Virus record (IMG/VR): IMGVR_UViG_2832949849_000001
Span: 1 to 64,000 of that record
Strand: one strand, 5' to 3'
Origin: a virus
Taxonomy: Duplodnaviria > Caudoviricetes
Length of the DNA: 64,000 nucleotides
Below are positions 44,678-54,285 of this stretch, in pieces. The translations under genes were made by a program, and so were the position numbers. The stretch's first letter is position 1. The number at the start of each line of letters is the position of its first letter. A model generated the notes under the pieces. It was not told the origin of the DNA. It worked only from the letters and a program-made list of their open reading frames with translations, and made no database searches.

Positions 44678-45698
44678 TTAAGCTGCTCTAGCCGCTTCAA
44701 CTTTCATCAAAATCCGCATTAATGTCACCACTTCATTACAGACTTCAGTTAAGTCAAAGTCTCCACCCTCCCAAGCGCATACCCAATAACGACCATTAAT
44801 TTCAGCCCAAGTATTGTCTCCATCATTAACTATCCAAGATAACTTCTTCAACTCTTTACAAGCCAATTTCACCAATGCGTCTGTTTGTTTATCAATACGA
44901 ATTTGTAAACTATATTGCAAAGGTTTCTCATCGATATGTAAATTAACAACCACTTCAGTCCATGTTGGACAATGATTATTAGCAAAACGCAAAGCAGGAC
45001 CATTTGGCCAAGTATGCACCCGATAATGAACTTCATAACCTTTTAATTGGTTTTCCAACGCCTCAGTAATGTGATCACGGACATGTCGATAAAAATCATC
45101 ACGCAACGTCACCATTTTCTTAATGTCACCCAAATGCTCAACCACAAAATCCACTTGCTGCTCATTCATCACATCCACCCCCAATTGTTCCAATGCATTA
45201 AAAATTCCCGCGCAAACAAAGTCCATTTGTTATACGGCTGGTTTAACAAAGCCTCTGCCAACAACGGCCTAGTGTGCGTTGCCAATGTGCGATAAGACAG
45301 CCCTGTCCAAGCTGCAGCATGGCTTTTTCCATCCACACACAAAATCAAAAACACCTGTTTTTGCCTGGATAATGTTGGCGAACATAGCGTTCATAATCAG
45401 TAAACGGATTGTTTTGATGGTGACCAATTTTGCATTCAATCGCCAACACTGCCTGATCGGTTTCAATCAACAAATCAATGCGCCCCTTACTGGTCACCAC
45501 CTCGGTGTGTACGTTTTGCACATCGCCCCAAGCCTCGGTATCCGATTGTGCCACGCCACACTCACGCAAAGCCGCCAACAAGCCTTGGTAAAACACCCCG
45601 TTTAATCCATGCTCATTTTCTGAATTTAAAAAAAACGCCAACAACTCTGTGGTCGGGTTTTCATAATGCTTGCGCAAAGCCGTATCAAAAAACGTCAT
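44678..45698 (-). CDS. PD-(D/E)XK nuclease-family protein between hsdS and hsdR, split over three ORFs
   Basis: EN.TTELLAFFL...H.L, GRIDLLI, IECKI..H..NPF..Y. Confidence 0.7.
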
Positions 45699-45920
45699 TT
45701 CTTTTTACTCGTGTGCAAAGACTTCGCTTGCTCCAACACGCTTTGCAAACGTGATAATTCATCTACAGCCACATCGATACTGTCCATACAGCTTGTCCCT
45801 TATTGGTTTTGAAATATTGTTTTATTTACAGGCCGCTTTAGTAAGCGTCCTGTAAGCTTTACAAGCGTCCTGTAAAAACAGCCAAAGCGCAGGGCTGCGG
45901 CTTTGGCTGTTTTTAAACGC

Positions 45921-47212
45921 TCACACAAACATCTGTTGCAACAAACCTTGCTTCCACACACGCGCTTGTTCCAATTGCTGCGCCAAAGCGTCGATTTTGG
46001 CATCAATGGATGAAAGGCAGGCGGCGATTTTGGTCTGCTCTGCAAGAGTTGGTATTTTTATTTCTACCTTGCCTAAATTAGTTTTAGATATACCCAATAC
46101 AGAAATACCTGTAGCCAATTTTTGAATTTGTGCACGAACTGCCAAAGTTTGCATTAAGTAACCATGAAATCCCAAAGCAAAGTCCTGTTTCGGTCTAGCA
46201 ATATAAGTATGCAAACCTGCAACAAGTTTTTGATTGCCTAAATTCACTATTTCGATGGTTTTACCAATATCTTTATAATCTTCAGAAGCATCTGCAATGA
46301 CCAAATCACCAACTCTTAAAAACCGCTCTTCATCTAATTTGCTAATCTCAACCTCAGCACTTAGAAAAGGTACTTTTTCCTTAGTCGCATCAAACAAGCT
46401 AGAAAATTTTGTATGAATATCCCCATAATGAATATTCATAATTTCACCCTGTTCAGATAACAAAGCTCTCGAGTAAGAATTTGTCTGATGAAAAGTAAAT
46501 TTTTCAGAAAATATTGTGGTTTTCCAATCAGGAAAATCCTGACCATTATCGTCCTGAAAGCGAAGCTTTGGCTGAACAATTGCTGCATCATGCCTTGCTT
46601 GTATTGCTGCCACAAATCATGTTCTTGGCGCAAAGCCGCGATTTTGTCATCCACCGCAGATAGAAAAGAAGCGATTTTGGTTTGTTCTTGTAGACAAGGT
46701 ATATTTAACTCAACATTCCCTAAATTTCCTTTTGAAATACCTAAAACCGAAATCCCTGTTGCTAATTTTTGTATTTGCTCTCGAACCTTAAAAGTTTGCA
46801 TCAAATAACTATTAAATCCCAAAGCACTAGGTGAATTTGGACGGGCAATATAAGTATGCAGCCCAGCTACAGCTTTTGGTTATTTAAGTTCACTACTTCA
46901 ATGGTTTTACCAATATCTTTATAATCTTCTGAAGCATCAGCAATGATTAAGTCTTTTACTTGTAAAAATTGGTTTGTAGCAATTTTTGTGTGTCCACTTT
47001 ACAGCTTAAGAAGGGCACGTCTTCCTTAGCTACATCAAACAAAGCAGAAAATTTCGTATGAATATCACCATAATGAATATTCATGATACTACCTTGCTCA
47101 GCCAATAACGCTCTTGAGTAAGAATTTGTATTATGAAAAGTAAATTTTCAGAAAATTTATGTACTTCCCAAGCGTCCTGAAACCCCTTAAACCTCAACTT
47201 AGGCACATTCAT
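45921..47212 (-). CDS. hsdS: Type I R-M specificity subunit with two near-identical TRDs, several frameshifts
   Basis: P.LR..W start, two IP.L.EQ.KIA..LS..D.KI and KQG.(M/L)QQ(L/M)F blocks; ATGA overlap with hsdM. Confidence 0.88.
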
Positions 47213-48794
47213 TTGCTGCCCTCCGCAAACGGGTTTTCAATGCCCAATTCGCTGCAAAAATCGGTAATTTGTGCTTCTATCGCCACGCTGTCGGCTTTCA
47301 CTTGGCGCAAAGCCGCTGCCACTGCGCTCAAATCAATCGCCGCTTCCGCTTCAAACGTATCCACATATCGGGGAATATTAAGGTTGTAATCATTGGCTTT
47401 AATAGACTCGATACTTGCCACAGATGCGTATTTGTCTTCGCTTTGGCGTGTGTTCAAAGCCGTTACAATGCGCTCGATGTGTTCGGGCAAGAGTTTGTTT
47501 TGGGTTTTGACTTTTTCAAAATCGTTGCTGGCATCAATGAACACAATATCATTCGGATTTTGACGGCATTTTTTCAACACCAAAATACAGGTTGGTATGC
47601 TGGTGCCGTAGAATAAATTGGCAGGCAAGCCAATAATGGCATCAATCACATTCAATTGCTCAATTAAGTATTGGCGTATGTGCCCTTCTGCCGCGCCACG
47701 GAACAACACGCCATGCGGTAACACAATCGCCGCTGTACCCTCTTCTGACAATTGATAAACAATGTGCTGCACAAACGCCAAATCGGCTTTGGTTTTAGGC
47801 GCAAGCTTGCCGTATTGGCTGAAACGCTCATCGGTACTGGACAGCATCGGGTCAGCGCTCCAATGCGCTGAAAACGGCGGATTGGCGACAATGGCATCAA
47901 AGCGCAAATCCAAGTGTTGCGGCTTTTTCAAGGTGTCATCTTGCTTGATTTCAAAATCGGCAAAATGCACGTCGTGTAGCAACATGTTCATGCGGGCCAA
48001 GTTGTAAGTGGTGCGGTTGAGTTCTTGACCGTAAATCTTGGAAATTTTGTTGGCTTCACGTTTCACACGCAACAACAACGAGCCCGAACCACAAGTTGGG
48101 TCGTACACATTGCGTAGCTCGGTATTGTTCACCGTTACCAAACGCGCCAACAAAGTCGATACTGGTTGCGGCGTGTAAAATTCGCCTGCTTTTTTGCCTG
48201 CACCTGAAGCAAACTCACCAATCAAGTATTCATATGCATCACCCAACACATCGCTATCAGTATTGGCCAAATCAAAATCAATCAAAGCCAAACGCTGAAT
48301 GATTTGTACGATGGTCTCATTGCGATCGTCGGCTGTTTTGCCCAATTTGGTTGAGGTCAAATCCAAATCATCAAACAAATGACTGAAATCGTCAGCTGAA
48401 TCCGTACCTAAAGTCGATTGCTCAATGTTGCGCAACACTTGTTGCAAGTCATCCAAAATATAACCTGCGCCACTGCTGTCTTGTTTAGAACGTTCGGCAA
48501 TGCTTTGGAACAATTCCGCAGGCGTTAAGAAGTAGCCCAACTCTTTGACGATGCTGTTTTTAACGGCACTGATATAAGCGTTGTAATGTTCATCACTTGG
48601 CTTGAGTTGGTCGTAAATCAAGTTGTCTGATACCAATATCTTATTGGCATAAGCAACCATTTTTTCAGACAGGTATTTGTAGAAATAAAGCCCAAGATGT
48701 AATCACGGAATTCATCGGCATTCATTTTGCCGCGCAAAGCATCGGCAATGCTCCACAATTGGCGTTGCAGTTGGCGTAGTTGTTCTTCTGACAT
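47209..48794 (-). CDS. hsdM: Type I R-M methyltransferase, frameshift near 48690
   Basis: LWSIADALRG start, GDAYEYLI, GEFYTP, DPTCGSG, NPPF, YNLNIPRYVD. Confidence 0.93.
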
Positions 48795-48963
48795 GTTTGG
48801 TATCTTTATATTGAGTCAGGCTTGACCTGAATGGGTTATTCGATTTTGGCTGATTATAGCCCAAGGTTTGTTTAGGTGGCGTGAGGTATGAATACTATTT
48901 CAACTTTATGCAATCATACCAATAGCATTAAAAACGTTACTTATTTGATTTGTTTTGATTCAT

Positions 48964-48993
48964 AAAAAGCGTCCTGTAACCCTACAGGACGCC
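48964..48993 (-). terminator. Terminator built from an inverted pair of the DUS-like motif
   Basis: AAAAAGCGTCCTGTAACCCTACAGGACGCC. Confidence 0.75.
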
Positions 48994-49020
48994 ACCATTT
49001 CATCTATTCAAACCAAAGCA

Positions 49021-49851
49021 TTACTTATAAATTCCCACCGCTTTACGCCAATCTTTTTGGCTCTCGTAATCAGCAGCCCAAGGATAATCACGCATCGTCG
49101 TGTGATTCAACGCCACCATATCATGTTTTCTGCCAAAGTTTTGCGTATGGATCCATACAACTTTGAAATGTTCGCTCACTGAGCTGACCATTTTAGGATT
49201 GATGACGCTCAAAGCCATTTTGTAATGGTTGAACCAACAGAAAATCCAATCCATGCTTTGGGCGGCATTGACCAAGTTTTTGACTTGATGTTCTTCTAAA
49301 ACGTATCCACTTGGCTTTTCAGTGGTGAGCAACAAGCGGTGCAAGTATTCAGTAGCCTCGCCAACTTGTTCCAAAGTCAACTCATCAATACTGGATACAT
49401 TGAAACGCTGATGCACTAATTTGTAAGCATCAGGATACAACAAACCTTTTTTACTGACCACGGCATTGACCGCATCACGCAAACCTGTGCGTTCGTCTGT
49501 GGTGGTTGAGCGTCCTGTAAACTTCTGTGCTTCGGTTTCGATTAAATCCAACACCCATTTGCGGAATTGTTTGGCAATTTCAGTTTTGGCAAACATTGCA
49601 ACCAAATGACAACCTCGCAAACTGAAAATTCTCACAGGCATCATAATATTACCCGTTTTCCTAATGACACTCATTTGAGGGTCATTGACATACTGCTTGA
49701 AATTCATCTTCATTGCGATTAAAATTTGCGTAACTGCATCGGCTTTTTTATAGCCTAATGCATTAGCCAATTCAGTAGCAGTAATCCAAATTTGATTGTC
49801 AGGTTGCGAAACAGGATTCAAAGAAACTTGATTGAAAGTCAGTGCGTTCAT
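49021..49851 (-). CDS. Bro-N domain phage antirepressor (copy 3)
   Basis: MNALTFNQVSLNPV..., RIFSLRGCHLVAMFAKTEIAKQFRKWVLD; middle nearly identical to copy 2, C-terminus different; AGGAG RBS. Confidence 0.82.
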   Translation of the reverse strand: MNALTFNQVSLNPVSQPDNQIWITATELANALGYKKADAVTQILIAMKMNFKQYVNDPQMSVIRKTGNIMMPVRIFSLRGCHLVAMFAKTEIAKQFRKWVLDLIETEAQKFTGRSTTTDERTGLRDAVNAVVSKKGLLYPDAYKLVHQRFNVSSIDELTLEQVGEATEYLHRLLLTTEKPSGYVLEEHQVKNLVNAAQSMDWIFCWFNHYKMALSVINPKMVSSVSEHFKVVWIHTQNFGRKHDMVALNHTTMRDYPWAADYESQKDWRKAVGIYK

Positions 49852-49898
49852 GATGAACACTCCTTTGTAATTTTCGAAATTTAAAAGCCCAATTGGGC

Positions 49899-49977
49899 GG
49901 TCAAGAGGTTCGAAAGCCTTACAAAGACGGCTGGAGTTATTTCCCTTACGGGTATTGTATTCCTCACCCTCTCGACC
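49899..49977 (-). ncRNA. c4-type antisense RNA, cassette B (79 nt)
   Basis: Same closing stem as cassette A, CCC-GUAA-GGG hairpin; b' CUUUGUAA complementary to b1 (50063-50070) and b2 (49863-49870); a' matches a1 50076-50081 and a2 49872-49878. Confidence 0.8.
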
Positions 49978-50486
49978 ATGATTTTGACGCACTACTGCCT
50001 AAACAATAGATACACGAATTCTATGGACGAAAAATATCACTCAATGACGGCAGTGATGACCGCTTTGTAAAAAGGTTTCGACACCTTGAGCGCATCATAA
50101 AACAAAAAACCACCTGTGCAAGGTGGTTTGGGTTGATAACATCCATTAAATAGGAGGCAAATTATAGTGGCTCACCTTTTTGAATGATTGAGTACTTTTA
50201 AAGACTTTTGCCATTCGAGGTATTCGCTTTGAATCTTTGGCTTTTTAAATTTATCATTTAAAGTTACCAAATCATGGCTATCATAGCCGAGGTTTTGTTG
50301 AGCATATAATGTAAAGCTTTTAATTGACAACATGGATGTTCCCTATGAGTTGATATGGTCAGCAGACAGCACAAATCAAAATTTCGCTTCAGTTGGCTTT
50401 TAGAATCATTGTGCTAATAAATAACCCGTCTATGAAGACGGGTTGATGAACACCAATTTACTTCACTACATTTAAATTAAATGTAA

Positions 50487-50702
50487 TTAAGCAATGGCTT
50501 GAATATTAGTGGCTTGAGGGCCTTTAGGTCCAGACTCACTGTTAAAGCTTACTCGTTGATTTTCAGCTAAGGTACGAAAGCCTTCGCTTGTAATAGCTGA
50601 AAAGTGTGCAAATAACTCAGCACCTCCGTTATCAGGTGTGATGAAACCAAAGCCTTTAGAATCGTTGAACCATTTTACTGTACCAGTTTGTTGAGTCGAC
50701 AT
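50487..50702 (-). CDS. Cold-shock protein (CspA family)
   Basis: [15 protein letters not shown] (RNP1), LFAHFSAI (RNP2), GPKGPQA; AAGGA RBS. Confidence 0.95.
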   Translation of the reverse strand: MSTQQTGTVKWFNDSKGFGFITPDNGGAELFAHFSAITSEGFRTLAENQRVSFNSESGPKGPQATNIQAIA

Positions 50703-50946
50703 TTAATCATTCCTTTTATGTTTATATAACAATATTAAGGTTTACTTAATAAAAACTGAACCTGATAACTTAAAGAAACAATCAATAGAAACTAACAAAT
50801 TTATGATAGTAAAATATCTTGGAGACCTATAGAAAGACAGAGATAAGTGAATTCATTACTAAACCAACTTTTTCAGTATAACCCATATATCAAAAGATAA
50901 GTTTTTTATTTTCAATATATTATTTCAAGCTATCAATAATTTATTA

Positions 50947-51113
50947 GGGCGTGCCCCTATTTCACCCAACGAAACAAAATGGTCTAGTCCTATTGTATGA
51001 ATATGAAATGGTATTTTTTGGCTGATTTAATCGCTTAATTTGGGAAAATTTCAGTATAAATTACACTGAGGCGGCTTCAATTATTGAGTAGTGCTTGAAA
51101 TGAGGATACGCCC
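50947..51113. mobile_element. 167-bp MITE-like element (IS5-like ends)
   Basis: Inverted repeats TATTAGGGCGTGCCCCTATTTCA / TATTAGGGCGTATCCTCATTTCA (19/23), TA flanks, no ORF. Confidence 0.55.
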
Positions 51114-51434
51114 TAATATCCGACTCTCAGCAATATAATTTTCTATCACCTTTTCATCCCAAAAGATTGAAATTGACATTTCACCCTATCTAATTAAAAT
51201 CCCAATAGATTCTTGCTCCCAACATACGCTGGCGAAGAGGAGGTTTATGTTGCGTAGGTATGAGTTTTCATCTGGCACTCTCATATTCACCAAGAATCCC
51301 CATTTTCTTTTAAACAGTCGCGCCCATGATGCAACGTGTCAGTGTAGATGCATCATGCGTAGGAATGAGCATCCCATATCTGTACTCATCTCCATCGACT
51401 GTTTCTCAATACCACATGAAGTGAGATTTTGACA

Positions 51435-51824
51435 CTTCTAAGCGGCCTGTATGGCCGTGAACAACATCTGGGCAAAAGTAAAAACTGGCGAAACTTTCTA
51501 AGCGGCCTGTATGGCCGTGAACACAAAAGAATTGGAAACTTTGGGCATGACTGCTTTCTAAGCGGCCTGTATGGCCGTGAACACGGAAACCATTTCTAAA
51601 GCGGGTGTCATGTCGTTTCTAAGCGGCCTGTATGGCCGTGAACCCTTGGTTTCGATTGCGCCAACTCCAATCACCTTTCTAAGCGGCCTGTATGGCCGTG
51701 AACACACATAGAGTCTGGCAAGATTTACAGTGTTGATTTCTAAGCGGCCTGTATGGCCGTGAACAATTGCGCCAAGACACGGCGATTAGAGCGCATTTTC
51801 TAAGCGGCCTGTATGGCCGTGAAC
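51435..51824 (-). CRISPR. Type I-F-like CRISPR array, 7 repeats and 6 spacers, no cas genes in the window
   Basis: 28-bp repeat GTTCACGGCCATACAGGCCGCTTAGAAA at 51435, 51495, 51555, 51616, 51676, 51737, 51797; spacers 32/32/33/32/33/32 bp; trailer repeat ends GAAG. Confidence 0.97.
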
Positions 51825-51965
51825 AGTAAAAATAATCTACAAAAACAAGATACCACAATGGTTTGAAGCCTAAAACCTGTTAAATACCCAAATTTCAAGC
51901 TTCAAACATAAGTGATTGATTTTAATTATTTATTAAAGAGCGCATAAATATTGGGTTAAAATTGA
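51825..51965 (-). promoter_or_regulatory. CRISPR leader with IHF-like sites
   Basis: AT-rich; AATCAATCACTTA (51909-51921) fits WATCAANNNNTTR; weaker CTTCAAACCATTG (51856-51868); AACCCAA/TTGGGTA inverted motif flanks the distal site. Confidence 0.7.
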
Positions 51966-51998
51966 TATGACGCCACCTACGCCACCGATTATAAAATT

Positions 51999-54280
51999 TT
52001 AATGGACACAATCAAACAATGAATCCATCAAAGCTTTGTTTGCAGTAGCTGTTTCCAATACCTTCTTCTCCCGAATGACTTTAAACAAACCATCGAAAGC
52101 GTCATTGATGCGTTGGCGCTCTTCACCTTGTGGATAAGCGCGCTCACCGACTCGACCATTGCCACCTTGGGTTGAATAAGCCAAATAATCATTCTTGCGC
52201 CCTTGCTCTTCCAAACGATCCTGTAAATATGCTGAAAACGCACGCGCTGCCATTTCAAAGTCTTTGGACCAATACTTGCCTTCTTTGCCCATGTCCAATT
52301 CAATAGCGTTTTTATAGAACTCACTTTGTCCTGGTAAGCCATCAAACGTTAAAACACCATCTGCACTGATATCGACATCGCTCTCACTGCCCAAAGTCCA
52401 GTGACGCACTAACAAGGTGTAAGCCACATTCGAGCGAAGCTCTTGGGTTTGGGCGGTGTGGTGGCGTAATTGGCATGGCTTGCAATCCACTTTTTTAGGT
52501 CACTCATAGCGGCATTGAGTGGCAAACGGCTGCCTCTCAAGAAATTACCCGCCATGCTTTCAAGGAAGGCTTTGGTGTCTGCACTTGGCTGATGAACATC
52601 AGGAATGAATGCTTTAGGATATTCAAACTTCAACACCCCATCGGTCTTCATCATGGCCACACGCAATGCTTTGAACACCTGAGCCAAATCCACATCAGGT
52701 AAATCATCAGGATTGCTGGTACCCATGAAACTGGCACTGCCAACGGTTTGTGTGGACAAATCTTTAATCAGGTTATCCAATGCATGGAAATATTCATGGC
52801 CAAGACTCCCACCGCCTTTCATTTTGGTGATGTTGATGACCTTACTGGATGACTCATAATGCGCTAATGCGCCTTTCTTACCGCGTGCACCAAACGCCAA
52901 TGCCAAATTGCCCTTCAGCCCCAAATATTGTGGTTCAATGCCCAAAACATCCGACATGTCTAACATCGCAGCAGCGGCATTTTTCATGTGAAATTCAGCG
53001 GCAGACTTGTCTTTCAAAACCCAATTGCCTGATTGAATGCCTTTGAAACCAAACATGTCTTGCAACTGCTGCGAAGAGGTTAAATCCACCTCTTGCCCAC
53101 CAATACGTTCAATGTCTTCTGCAGACTCCAATTGAAACGATGGCTTTTTGGGTTTAGAAGCACCTTCAGGAGCAGCATTGCCTTCACCATCAGTACCAGT
53201 TTTAAAATCTGCACACCAATTAGACCAATCGGCGTATTTTTTATCGCGTTGGGCATTGCGCAAAGTAGTGTTGACCGATTTACTGGTCCAACTAAAAAAA
53301 CGCTCGCCCAATTCAGCCCAAACTTGGCTGTCGTAGGACAACAACTTCTCTCGCCCACGGACACTAATTTGTTTGAAGTTGTTATCAATATTTTCTTCAA
53401 AAGTAATGCCTGCAGTCAGCTCATCTTCGTACAACATGCGCATCAACTTGATGCTAGGCATGGCCACAATGATTTCATTCATCACTGCAGCCACATCTTT
53501 GAAGGTCAAACACACCTCCAAACGCTCACGCAAATTGGAAATGGCTTGTACGTAGTTCTTTTGACTGTGCTGACTCAATGGATGTAATGGCATTTTGTCC
53601 ATATTGGCATACACCCGGCTGATGAAATACGCCACCTGTGAAGGCATACCTTTGTCCGCCAATGCCGCCCAATCTACCCGTCCAAATACGTTGTCTTTGA
53701 CTATCAATGATTCAGACAAACGTGGGTCTTTGGCCAGCTCATCCCAATCGATGTCATTACTGTTCAACCTTTGCCCATCACGCTTGGCCTGTAAGATAGA
53801 TTTTTGAGCCAATTCTTTGCGTGCACCGGCAATGTAAGCGGTATCTTTCCAACGATAATTTTCAGCTGTGGTGGTATCTGATAAATCATCATCGATGTTT
53901 GCTGCAGCAGCCAAATCATCTTCATCCAAACCCACCTCATCTTCGCTTGGTGGCAATTGATTATCTGTATCTTCTGCAGTCATGGGGGCCTCAGGCTGTT
54001 GTGAAACAGCCTCATTGCTTTCGGACTCTGCCTCAGTTTGCATTTGGTCAGACTCTTTTGGCTCTGCTGCAGGTTCAGGTTCTACCAATGGCTCTGGTTC
54101 CGCCGCGGGTTCAGATTCTGTCGCCGTCACAGCCAATCCAAGCTGCAAACGCAAATCCTGCACCACCTTAATCCAATCCAATTTCTTCAATACATCGGCT
54201 TCGGCATTGCGTGCTTCAATTGCTGTTTTAAGCTCACCATTTAAGCGCAAGCGTTCCATCGTATTCAATTCCATGCTCAT
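51999..54280 (-). CDS. DdrB-like large polyvalent head protein (zincin motif plus LPD1-like domain), frameshift near 52490
   Basis: GF..IQ.GNW, LALAFGARG, AHYE, GGSLGHEYFHALD (HExxH), YWS...EMAARAF.AY..D, YPQGEER..IN.AFD. Confidence 0.72.
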
Positions 54281-54285
54281 CCCCT

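Noticed and set aside
49852-49992. N-terminal extension of ORF 49021-49992
   Set aside because: Overlaps the c4-B RNA; the RBS and paralogs place the start at 49851
51247-51432. 61-aa ORF beside the CRISPR trailer as a cas or anti-CRISPR gene
   Set aside because: No recognisable motif; too short to support
51463-51796. Self-targeting of the prophage by its spacers
   Set aside because: Only short (about 10-nt) chance matches seen by eye; an exhaustive search was not possible
51969-51990. ACGCCACCGATT half-terminator matching the 41341-41370 terminator as an island boundary
   Set aside because: A 12-nt match only; insufficient
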